Assembly (NCBI GenBank): GCA_964016885.1
Contig: OZ024756.1
Coordinates: 14,198,001-14,262,000, forward strand
Direction: 5' to 3'
Length of the DNA stretch: 64,000 bases
Source: Eledone cirrhosa
Lineage: Eukaryota
Shown here: piece after piece, positions 1-10,920 of the stretch
How positions within the stretch are numbered: the first letter of the stretch is position 1
Layout: each line of letters starts with the position of its first letter
Notes under the pieces: model-generated
Databases searched by the model: none
What the model was told of the DNA's origin: nothing
Seen by the model: only the letters and a program-made list of their open reading frames with translations
Position numbers and translations under genes: made by a program

Positions 1-1181
1 AGAGAGAGAGAGAGTGAGAGAGAGAGAGAGTGAGAGAGAGTGAGAGAGTGAGAGAATGAGAGAGAGAGTGAGAGAGTGAGAGAGAGTCGAAAAAAATATA
101 AAGAGATAGATAGCGAGAGAGAGAGAGTGGGGGAAATAGAGATAGAGTGAGAGGGAGAGAGTGGGGGAGAGGGTGGGGGAGAGAGTGGGAGAGAGAGGGT
201 GGGGGAGAGATTGGGGGAAATGGAGGGTGGGAGGAGATAGAGATATAGTGTAGGAGAGAATATGTGATAGAATAAGAGAGAGGGGATATAAAGAGAACGG
301 GGGAGGTAAAGAGAAAGAGAGGTAAAGAGAAAGAGAGGTAAAGAGAAAGAGAGGTAAAGAGAAAGAGAGGTAAAGAGGAAGAGAGGTAAAGAGAAAGAGA
401 GGTAAAGAGGAAGAGAGGTAAAGAGAAAGAGAGGTAAAGAGGAAGAGAGGTGGAGTTAGAGAGAGATAGTTATGAGAAAGAGAGAGGAAAGAGGAGCAAG
501 TAAGATAATTTAAGAAAGAGATAGAATGTAAGAGACAGAGAGAGGGAGAGAGAGAGAGGAGGGAGAGAGAGAAGAGGGAGAGAGAGAGAGAGATGAGAGA
601 GAAAAGGAGCGAGAGAGAGAAGAGAGAGAGAGATGAGAGAGAAAAGGAGGAAGCGGTAGAGAGAAAAGGAGGAAGAGGTAGAGAGAAGAGAGAGAGAGAG
701 AGAGGAGAGAGATAGAGAGAGATAGAGAGAGAAGAGGTATAGAGAGAAGAGAAAGAGATAGAAGAGGGAGAGAGAGAGAAAAGAGAGAAGGGGGAGAGAG
801 AGAAATGAGAGAGATGAGAGAGAGAGGAGGGAGAGATAGATAGAGGGAGGGAGAGAGAGAGGGAGAGAGGGATGAGAGATTGAGAGAGAGAAGAAGGAGA
901 TGGGAGAGAAATGAGAGAAATGAGAGAGAGATGAGAGAGAAAAGGAGGAAGAGGTAGTGAGAAGAGAGAAAGAGAGAGAGAGAGAGAAGAGGGAGAGAGA
1001 GAGAGAGATGAGAGAGAAAAGGAGGAAGAGGTAGAGAGAAGAGGGAGAGAGAGAGGAGGGAGAGAGAGAGATGAGAGAGAAAAGGAGGAAGAGGTAGAAA
1101 GAAGAGAGAGATAGACATAGAGAGAGAGAGAAGAGGGAGAGAGAGAGGGATGAGAGATAAGAGAGAGAGAGAGGCATGAGA

Positions 1182-1221
<40 letters not shown>

Positions 1222-1321
1222 GAGATGAGAGAGAGGCATGAGAGATGAGAGAGAGAGAGATGAGAGATGAGAGATGAGAGAGAGGCATGAGAGATGAGAG
1301 AGAGAGAGATGAGAGAGAGAG
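1..1321. repeat. GA-rich microsatellite / low-complexity purine tract, with a 16-bp unit (GAGGTAAAGAGAAAGA) at ~303-450
   Basis: Direct reading. Confidence 0.95.
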
Positions 1322-1420
1322 GTACATAAAGCATCCAATTTCTAATTGTTGGCAACATGGCAGCCAACAGTAGGATGTCGCTTATTTTGGTTCGAAATTT
1401 TACTGGTTTGAGTCACTGAC

Positions 1421-2655
1421 TGGTGATGGTGGTGGTGGTGGTGGTGGTGGTGATGGTGGTGGTAGTGGAGGTGGTGGTGGTGGTGGTAGAGGTGGTGGTG
1501 GTGGTGGTGGTGGTAGTGGTGGTGGTGGTGGTGGTGGTGGTGGTGGTTGTGGTGGTAGTGGAGGTGGTGGTGGTGGTAGAGGTGGTGGTGGTGGTGGTGG
1601 TGGTTGTGGTGGTGGTGGTGGTGGTAGAGGTGGTGGTGGTGGTAGTGGTGGTGGTGGTGGTAGTGGTGGTGGTGGTAATGGTGGTGGTGGTTGTGGTGGT
1701 GGTAGTGGTGGTAGTGGTGGTAGTGGTGGTGGTGGTGGTGGTGGTGGTGGTAGTGGTAGTGGCGGTGATGGTGGTGGTGGTGATGGTGATGGTGGTAGAG
1801 GTGGTGGTGGTGGTGGTGGTGGTGGTGGTGGGGGTGGTGGTTGTGGTGGTGGTGGTGGTAGTGGTGGTGATGGTGGTGGTAGTGGTGGTGGTGGTGATGG
1901 TGGTAGAGGTGGTGGTGGTGGTTGTGGTGGTAGTGGTGGTGGTTGTGGTGGTAGTGGTGGTGGTGGTGGTAGAGGTGGTGATGGTGGTGGTGGTGGTGAT
2001 GGTGGTGGTGGTGGTAGTGGTGGTGGTGGTGGTGATGGTGGTAGTGGTGGTGATGGTGGTGGTGGTGGTTGTGGTGGTTGTGGTTGTGGTGGTCGTGGTG
2101 GTGGTAGAGGTGGTGGTAGAAGTGGTAGAAGTGGTGGTGGTGGTGGTGGTAGAGGTGGTTGTGGTGGTGGGGAGGGTGGTGATAGAGGTGGTGGTGGTAG
2201 AGGTGGTGATAGAGGTGGTGGTGGTGGTGGTAGTTGAGGTGGTGGTGGTAGTGGTAGAGGTGGTGGTGGTGGTAGAGGTGGTGGTGGTGGAGGTGGTGGT
2301 AGAGGTGGTTGTGGTGGTGGTGAGGGTAGAGGTGGTGGTAGAGGTGGTGATAGAGGTGGTGGTGGTAGTTGAGGTGGTGGTGGCGGTGGTAGAGGTGGTG
2401 GTGGTGGTAGAGGTGGTGATAGAGGTGGTGGTGGTGGTAGTGGTAGAGGTGGTGGTAGAGGTGGTGGTGGTGGTGGTAGAGGTGGTGGTGGTGGAGGTGG
2501 TGGTAGAGGTGGTTGTGGTGGTGGTGAGGGTGGAGGTGGTGGTAGAGGTGGTGATAGAGGTGGTGGTGGTGGTAGCGGTGGTGGTGGTGGTGGCGGTGGT
2601 AGAGGTGGTGGTAGAGGTGGTGGTGGTAGTTGAGGTGGTGGTGGTGGTAGAGGTT
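1421..2655. repeat. Degenerate (GGT)n trinucleotide tract
   Basis: GGT with GTA/GAG/GAT interruptions; explains the poly-P/H/T/V ORFs. Confidence 0.95.
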
Positions 2656-3370
2656 GTGTTGCTTGCATTCACACATCTGCACACACACACACACACACAC
2701 ATCTCCACAAACACACACGCAGACACAGACACAGACACAGACACACAGACACACAGACACGCAGACATGCACGCATAGACATATACATACACGCATGCTC
2801 ACATACGTGTTTTTAGGTAGAACACACACAGACAGACGCACACACATACATTAACAGACACACGCACACGCACAAACAAACAGACATATACATACGCACA
2901 TGCACACCCGCATTCATACACAGAACACACACAAACACACTCATACACACATGCTCACATACACACACACAAACAACATACATACACACATGCACACAGA
3001 CACACACGCACACACAACACATACACACTGACATACACAGATACACAGACACATACAAACATGTACACTCACTAAACACACACACAGATGAACACACACA
3101 CATCTACATACACACGAAGATGTTTCCCCTTTAAACATATATTGAACACACGACCTATGAATTTCAGATACAATCCATCTGATGGGCTTCCACACAGTTT
3201 CGGTCAACCAAAATTCACTGAGAAGGTTTAGGCCCGCCTGCGTCTATAGTAAATCCCACACAGTTGACCTCGGTAGAAGAGAGAGGGACGAATACCGCAA
3301 AGTTTAATATCAGACGTTGTAGCGACTCTGTCAACTTACCACCGGTTTATTAACTCATATTCATTCCTTC

Positions 3371-4661
3371 GGCGGCGAATTGGCAGAGTCGTTAGAACGT
3401 CAGATAGAATGGTAGAGTCGTTAGAACGTCAGATAGAATGGTAGAGTCGTTAGAACGTCAGATAGAATGGTAGAGTCGTTAGAACGTCAGATAGAATGGC
3501 AGAGAGGTTAGAACGTCAGATAGAATGGCAGAGTGGTTAGAACGTCAGATAGAATGGCAGAATGGTTAGAACGTCAGATAGAATGGCAGAGTGGTTAGAA
3601 CGTCAGATAGAATGGTAGAGTCGTTAGAACGTCAGATAGAATGGTAGAGTGGTTAGAACGTCAGATAGAATGGTAGAGTGGTTAGAACGTCAGATAGAAT
3701 GGTAGAGTGGTTAGAACGTCAGATAGAATGGTAGAGTGGTTAGAACGTCAGATAGAATGGCAGAGTGGTTAGAACGTCAGATAGAATGGCAGAGTGGTTA
3801 GAACGTCAGATTGAATGGCAGAGTGGTTAGAACGTCGGATAGAATGGCAGAGTGGTTAGAACGTCGGATAGAATGGTAGAGTGGTTAGAACGTCAGATAG
3901 AATGGCAGAGTGGTTAGAACGTCAGATAGAATGGCAGAGTGGTTAGAACGTCAGATAGAATGGCAGAGTGGTTAGAACGTCAGATAGAATGGCAGAGTGG
4001 TTAGAACGTCAGATAGAATGGCAGAATGGTTAGAACGTCAGATAGAATGGCAGAGTGGTTAGAACGTCAGATAGAATGGCAGAGTGGTTAGAACGTCAGA
4101 TAGAATGGTAGAGTGGTTAGAACGTCAGATAGAATGGTAGAGTCGTTAGAACGTCAGATAGAATGGTAGAGTGGTTAGAACGTCAGATAGAATGGCAGAG
4201 TCGTTAGAACGTCAGATAGAATGGCAGAGTCGTTAGAACGTCAGATAGAATGGCAGAGTCGTTAGAACGTTAGATAGAATGGTAGAGTCGTTAGAACGTC
4301 AGATAGAATGGTAGAGTCGTTAGAACGTCAGATAGAATGGTAGAGTGGTTAGAACGTCAGATAGAATGGTAGAGTCGTTAGAACGTCAGATAGAATGGCA
4401 GAGTCGTTAGAACGTCAGATAGAATGGTAGAGTGGTTAGAACGTCAGATAGAATGGTAGAGTGGTTAGAACGTCAGATAGAATGGCAGAGTGGTTAGAAC
4501 GTCAGATAGAATGGTAGAGTGGTTAGAACGTCAGATAGAATGCTTTATGCTTTATTCGTTCCGACTCTCTGCTCTCTGAGTTCAAATCCCGCCAAGGTCA
4601 ACTTTGCCTTTCATCCTTTCGAAGTCAATAAAAAAAGTACCAGTCTAGTACTGGGGTCGAT
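3371..4661 (+). mobile_element. tRNA-derived SINE whose A-box segment has expanded into a minisatellite
   Basis: Starts GGCGGCGAATTGGCAGAGTCG. B-box GAGTTCAAATCCC at 4578-4590. Body AACTTTGCCTTTCATCC...AGTACCAGT is shared with other SINE copies in the window. Confidence 0.85.
3382..4541 (+). repeat. 29-bp minisatellite, 40 copies (GGYAGAGTSGTTAGAACGTCAGATAGAAT)
   Basis: 1160 bp = 40 x 29, counted from the first and last unit. Confidence 0.95.
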
Positions 4662-4862
4662 TCTTCCTCATTTCCTCTCTCTCACTTTCTATCTTTCTCT
4701 GGAAGAAATCTGCTGTAGTCAGGCCTGAAGAGGGGTGGGCTCTGCCAGGCTTAAAATGTACAAGAAACGCCGTATGTCAATATGGCGCCCCTACGACTCT
4801 CTATCGGGAGTTACAAGACCAGAGAGAGAGAGAGGGGAAATGAGAAAGAGATATAGAGGAAG

Positions 4863-5598
4863 AATCGACCCCAGTACTAGACTGGTACTTTTCTTTTATC
4901 GACCTCGAAAGGATGAAATGCAAAGTTGACCTCTGTGGGATTTGAACTCGGAGAGCAAGCAGCCGGAGCATTCGATCCGATGTTGTGACGACTCTGCCAA
5001 TTCGCCGCCGCCGCCTTGCGTATACATTATAAATAGATATAAGTTAATAATTGTTTCTACTTTAGGCACAAGGCCAGCAATTACCCAGTACATTACTGGT
5101 ACTTTATTTTATCGACCCCGTAAGCTAATAATTGTTTCTACTTTAGGCACAAGGCCAGCAATTACCCAGTGCATTACTGGTACTTTATTTTATCCACCCC
5201 GTAAGTTAATAATTGTTTCTACTTTAGGCACAAGGCCAGCAATTACCCAGTGCATTACTGGTACTTTATTTTATCGACCCCGTAAGGATGAAAGGCAAAG
5301 TCAACCTCGGCGGGATTTGAACTCAGATCGTAAAGGGACGTAACTATGCTGGAAAGCATGGCGTCCAACCCTCTACCGATACTGCCAATCCACCGCCCTT
5401 AACCCCGTAAGTTAATAATGATTTCTGCTATAGGCACAAGGCCAGCAATTTTGGGAGATGGGAGGGGCGGGGGTCGATTAAATCAGCCCCGTTAGGATGA
5501 AAGGCAAAGCTAACCTTGGTGGGATTTGAACTCAGAACGTAAAGGGCCGTGACTATGCCGCAAATCATGTTGTCCGACGCTCTACCGATTCTGCCAAA
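4863..5598 (-). mobile_element. Cluster of tRNA-derived SINE copies (4863-5013, ~5045-5400, ~5405-5598); 81-bp 3' segment triplicated at ~5041-5283
   Basis: Reverse-complement B-box GGGATTTGAACTC and shared body GGTACTTTATTTTATCGACCCC...GGATGAAAGGCAAAG. Confidence 0.85.
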
Positions 5599-5819
5599 AT
5601 GTCTTCGTGGACAGAAGATGGGGGAATCGTTATCTGATGAAAGTCCAGCGAGTGTAGAAACTAATCGGATTAATCATTTTGCAGCAATGCAATGGTGCAG
5701 CGTTACAGCAATCCACACCTATAAAATAGTGCAGCGCTACAACTATCCAACACCTATAAATGCAACATAGATAGCTGTATGTGTATGCAAGCTTCTCTCT
5801 CTCTCAATATATATATATA

Positions 5820-6073
5820 CTAGCAAAGGAGCCTGTCGCTTCCGGGCACACCTTTCGCCATTGTAAATGAAGATTCACTCTATCCTCAACATGCCCGCCT
5901 TTAAATAGACCCAGAACTATGCTATTTTAGGGGAGAATAAAATTTAAACTATATGTTGACATGCTCTGGGAGCTAAATAACATATGTATAACATTTGAAC
6001 AAAATCGGATGGAAACTGTAGAAATGCATCGACTGTATACAGACACACAGACATTTTCGTATATATATGTAGA
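5820..6073 (-). mobile_element. Short non-autonomous Helitron-like element
   Basis: On the minus strand begins A|TC (6073) and ends CTAG|T (5820). GC-rich subterminal segment and CAGAC-type repeat; same layout as 53658-54228. Confidence 0.6.
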
Positions 6074-6144
6074 TAGATAAAGAGAGAGAAAGAAGTGAGG
6101 GATATAGAGATGGGTATTCATTTATCTATCTATCTGTCTATAAA

Positions 6145-6962
6145 GGAGAGGCGGTTTTCCTTTGTGTGATAGCTATGGCGAAAGAGGTTGTATGGTGGAC
6201 AAGGTTGAAAGGGCTGAGGTCAGACACCTTTCTCTCCGGCCAACAACTGATTCTTTTTTTCAAATACCACTTTGGAAGAAGAATCAGGATGGAGAGAGAG
6301 GTGCTGTACCCCAGCAAGTTTTATGAAAGATGGGTGAAAGTGGCGAGAATGGCCCGAGTGAATGGGCCTTCTCTCTATATCAGCCTGTAGGTTGAGGAAA
6401 AGAAGGAGGAGAGGAAAGGAGTACAAACTCTTCGTACTCCTGGAGATGAGGGTTGCACATTTTTTGGGGGGTATGTGTTACCCATATGAACTGTCTCCCC
6501 CTATTGGGGAAAATCGACTAATTTTTAAATTGCATTTGTGATAATATTTTACACGTTTATATTGTATGTAAACTTCCCCCTTTGTATTTGTCCCCTTCTT
6601 TTGTGCCCCTGTGGCTAATAAAGAAACATATCTATTTGTCCAGTAAATTTACTGAAAGGTGGGTGAATGCAGCAAAAATGGCCCGAGTGATTGGGCCTTC
6701 TCTGTACATAAACCTGTAGGTTGAAGAAGAGAGCAGAAGGAAGAAAGGAGCACTTGCACAACACGCTCCCGAAGTTGAGGGTGGTTCTATCTACGGGGTA
6801 TAAAACAACCCATTGTGGCGTCTCCCCCCTATTGGGGATTTCGATTGTTAAATTTGTTTGTTTCAATATTTTTACACGACTGTATGTAAAATCCCCGGCA
6901 TGTGTCTTTGTATTGTCCCCTTTTCTTTTACGCCCTTGTGGCAAATAAATAAATATATCTAT
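6145..6962 (+). mobile_element. Two tandem 3' ends of an L1/Tx1-like LINE (ORF2 C-terminus + 3' UTR)
   Basis: Peptide AMAKEVVWWTRLKGL...FFKYHFGRRIRMEREVL...FYERWV...*. UTRs end in AATAAA. Homologous to 48990-49505; UTR-only copies at 18036-18270 and 41843-42060. Clade assignment is from recalled motif similarity. Confidence 0.65.
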
Positions 6963-7168
6963 TTGTCTGTCTGTCTATTAGTCAGCCTGTGTGTCTCTAC
7001 ATCTATCTGTTTGTACGCCTGTCTGTCTGTCTGTCAGCCTGTCTGTGATATATTACACGCATAAATATACATACGCATTCCTGAGTAAATTTAGTTCATT
7101 TTTACCTGACAGGTATGTGCACACACGCGCGCGCGCACACACACACACGTACACACACACTCACGCAC

Positions 7169-7238
<70 letters not shown>

Positions 7239-7772
7239 GCGCACCTTGTCTAGTTAACCACCACCCAAGCGTTTTCAATCCACCGCGGGATGAGGCCTCC
7301 GTTAATAACTCCACCACAAATGTTCCCTTGCACCTGTATACTGTATATATACATGTATATATACTGTATATATACATGTATATATACTGTATATATACAT
7401 AGACACGCAAACACTGTGCGTACAGGAGTGCGGGTATGTGCAAGTATGTGTGTGTGCACGTTTGTGAATGTATGTGCAGACTTGCAATCTTGTATATATG
7501 TGCATGCCTGCACCTCCGCATACATGCATCGAGTTTGTATATTTATCTATTCACACAAATATAAATAGCTGGATGTCGAGGAACACATATATAGATGTAT
7601 ACACATAAGGCCTGGCGCATGTGTGTGTGTGTGCATGTATGTCTGTATGTATGCGCATGAATGTATGTATATGTATGTGCGTATTTTTGTATGTACACAA
7701 ACAATTCCACACACACTCACACACACAAGTATATATATATATATATGCATATATATATATATATATATATGC

Positions 7773-7821
<49 letters not shown>

Positions 7822-7844
7822 CGTGCGCGCGCGTGTGTGTGTGA

Positions 7845-7916
<72 letters not shown>

Positions 7917-8301
7917 GCATATATATATAAAAGGTAAACAGAAATAACAACACAATCGGTACAGTATATATATATACACGTACATACAGGCACGCAAACA
8001 TTTACCTATATAATGTAAGTTTTTTTTACTGGTTTCAATTATATGGTGACCATACTGGAAGAGCGCCACGAAAACTACTTCACTCTTCATCGTGTGTTTT
8101 GTTATTTAGTGAACAACTGCGAAGTGACTCTCCTTATATGTATTTCTTGTTTTGGGTTTTAGATTCACCAAGGAACTAACACAGTTGAATATGAAAATGT
8201 TGTTTAAATGTGTTAACATCAACTCTATGTAGAGACAGACTGGATTAGTTCTTGAAAAAAAAAAACAGGATCAGGCATCAGAATGACACTGATTCCCAGC
8301 C

Positions 8302-10140
8302 GACTGCTGAGGTGGCACTAACTAACAGACTTTTGAGGGCCAGAGGTGTGTTTTACTGCTCAGCTAAGGTGACACTAACTAACAGACTGTTGAGGGCCAG
8401 AAGTGTGTTTTACTGCTCAGCTGACGTGGCACTAACTAACAGACTGTTGAGGGCCAAAAGTGTGTTTTACTGCTCAGCTAGGGTGGCACTAACTAACAGA
8501 CTGTTGAGGGCCAGAGGTGTGTTTTACTGCTCAGCTGAGGTGGCACTAACTAACAGACTGTTGAGGGCCAGAAGTGTGTTTTACTGCTCAGCTAGGGTGG
8601 CACTAACTAACAGACTGTTGAGGGCCAGAAGTGTGTTTTACTGCTCAGCTAGGGTGGCACTAACTAACAGACTGTTGAGGGCCAGAGGTGTGTTTTACTG
8701 CTCAGCTGAGGTGGCACTAACTAACAGACTGTTGAGGGCCAGAGGTGTGTTTTACTGCTCAGCTGAGGTGGCACTAACTAACAGACTGTTGAGGGCCAGA
8801 GGTGTGTTTTACTGCTCAGCTAGGGTAGCACTAACTAACAGACTGTTGAGGGCCAGAGGTGTGTTTTACAGCTCAGCTAAGGTGACACTAACTAACAGAC
8901 TGTTGAGGGCCAGAGGTGTGTTTTACTGCTCAGTTAAGGTGGCACTAACTAACAGACTGTTGAGGGCCAGAAGTGTGTTTTACTGCTCAGCTAAGGTGAC
9001 ACTAACTAACAGACTGTTGAGGGCCAGAGGTGTGTTTTACTGCTCAGCTAAGGTGACACTAACTAACAGACTGTTGAGGGCCAGAGGTGTGTTTTACTGC
9101 TCAGCTAAGGTGGCACTAACTAACAGACTGTTGAGGGCCAAAAGTGTGCTTTACAGCTCAGCTAAGGTGACACTAACTAACAGACTGTTGAGGGCCAGAG
9201 GTGTGTTTTACTGCTCAGCTAAGGTGGCACTAACTAACAGACTGTTGAGGGCCAGAGGTGTGTTTTACTGCTCAGCTAAGGTGACACTAACTAACAGACT
9301 GCTGAGGGCCAGAAGTGTGTTTTACTGCTCAGCTAAGGTGACACTAACTAACAGACTGTTGAGGGCCAGAAGTGTGTTTTACAGCTCAGCTAAGGTGACA
9401 CTAACTAACAGACTGTTGAGGGCCAGAGGTGTGTTTTACTGCTCAGCTAAGGTGGCACTAACTAACAGACTGTTGAGGGCCAGAAGTGTGTTTTACTGCT
9501 CAGCTAAGGTGACACTAACTAACAGACTGTTGAGGGCCTGAGGTGTGTTTTACTGCTCAGCTAAGGTGGCACTAACTAACAGACTGTTGAGGGCCAGAGG
9601 TGTGTTTTACTGCTCAGCTAAGGTGGCACTAACTAACAGACTGTTGAGGGCCAGAGGTGTGTTTTACTGCTCAGCTAAGGTGACACTAACTAACAGACTG
9701 TTGAGGGCCAGAGGTGTGTTTTACTGCTCAGCTAAGGTGACACTAACTAACAGACTGTTGAGGGCCAGAGGTGTGTTTTACTGCTCAGCTAAGGTGACAC
9801 TAACTAACAGACTGTTGAGGGCCAGAGGTGTGTTTTACTGCTCAGCTAAGGTGGCACTAACTAACAGACTGTTGAGGGCCAGAGGTGTGTTTTACTGCTC
9901 AGCTAAGGTGACACTAACTAACAGACTGTTGAGAGCCAGAGGTGTGTTTTACTGCTCAGCTAAGGTGGCACTAACTAACAGACTGTTGAGGGCCAGAGGT
10001 GTGTTTTACTGCTCAGCTAAGGTGACACTAACTAACAGAGTGCTGATTGCTGAGGATCAGAGGTGTTTCTCCGCTGCTCAGTTTAGGTGACACTGACTAT
10101 CAGACTGCTGAGGGCCAGAGGTGTGTTTTCACTGCTCAGT
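8302..10140. repeat. 57-bp minisatellite, about 32 copies
   Basis: Unit GCTCAGCTAAGGTGRCACTAACTAACAGACTGTTGAGGGCCAGARGTGTGTTTTACT; 19-aa period in the ORF track; degenerate edge copies. Confidence 0.95.
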
Positions 10141-10435
10141 TAAAGGACAGCTTCAAGATGTCCTCTCTTTCAGACTGGCAGTTCCTACATTGGAACAAAT
10201 AGCGCCATAGAGTTTCTGGGTAGTCTCCACAAGAACATAGCAGTGATTCTATACAACCTAATGAAATATTATTCAATGATATACGAGTCGTTAAAAAGTC
10301 AACTTAGTCTTTGTTTATTAAATTAGTACACCATACATTATAAAACAATATATATAAGACACGTATAGAAGGTTTCAATGGCGAAATGGATATCATAATG
10401 GTTTAAGTTTAATCGTAGAGTTTTATATTATTATT

Positions 10436-10920
10436 GGGCGGTGAGTTGGCAGTATAGGTAGAGCGTCGGACACGATGCTTTGCGGCATAGAGTTACGACT
10501 CTTTACGTTCTGAGTTCAATCCCGTCGAGGTTAGCTTTGCCTTTCATCCTTACGGGGGTCGATAAAATAAAGTACCAGTAATACACTGTAGTCGATTTAA
10601 TCCCCCCCCCCAAAAAAAAATGGTCGGACGCCATGCTTTGCAACATAGTTACGTCCATTTACGGACTGAGTTCAAATCCCGCCAAGGTTAACTTTGCCTT
10701 TCATCCTTACGGGGTCGATAAAATAAAGTACCAGTAATACACTGGGATAATTGCTGGCCTTGTGCCAAAAGTAGAAACAATTATTATTAATAATAATAAT
10801 GGTTTCTACTTTAGGAACAAGGCCAGCAATTACCCCAGTACATTACTGGTGCTTTATTTTATCGACACCGTAAGGGTGAAAGACAAAGCTAACCTCGGTG
10901 GGATTTGAACTCAGAACCCA
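10436..10920. mobile_element. Three tRNA-derived SINE copies (10436-10600 +, 10621-10785 +, 10797-10920 -)
   Basis: B-box GAGTTCAA(A)TCCC and family body sequence. Confidence 0.85.

Noticed and set aside
470-2847. Long Leu/Ser, poly-Pro (formin-like), poly-His and poly-Thr ORFs
   Set aside because: Translations of (GA)n and (GGT)n tracts, open in several frames, with no flanking domain.
3382-4541. CRISPR-like appearance of 29-bp repeats
   Set aside because: Units are contiguous with no unique spacers, there are no cas genes, and the context is a eukaryotic SINE.
4561-4600. tRNA gene suggested by the B-box
   Set aside because: No cloverleaf; it belongs to the multi-copy SINE family.
5630-5672. 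CTGATGA...GAAA as a hammerhead (also at 12173, 37922, 48187)
   Set aside because: No supporting stems, or the motif lies within RT coding sequence.
8252-10090. 429-aa and 181-aa repeat proteins
   Set aside because: A 57-bp satellite in which one frame happens to lack stops; no ATG start and an internal stop at 9539-9541.
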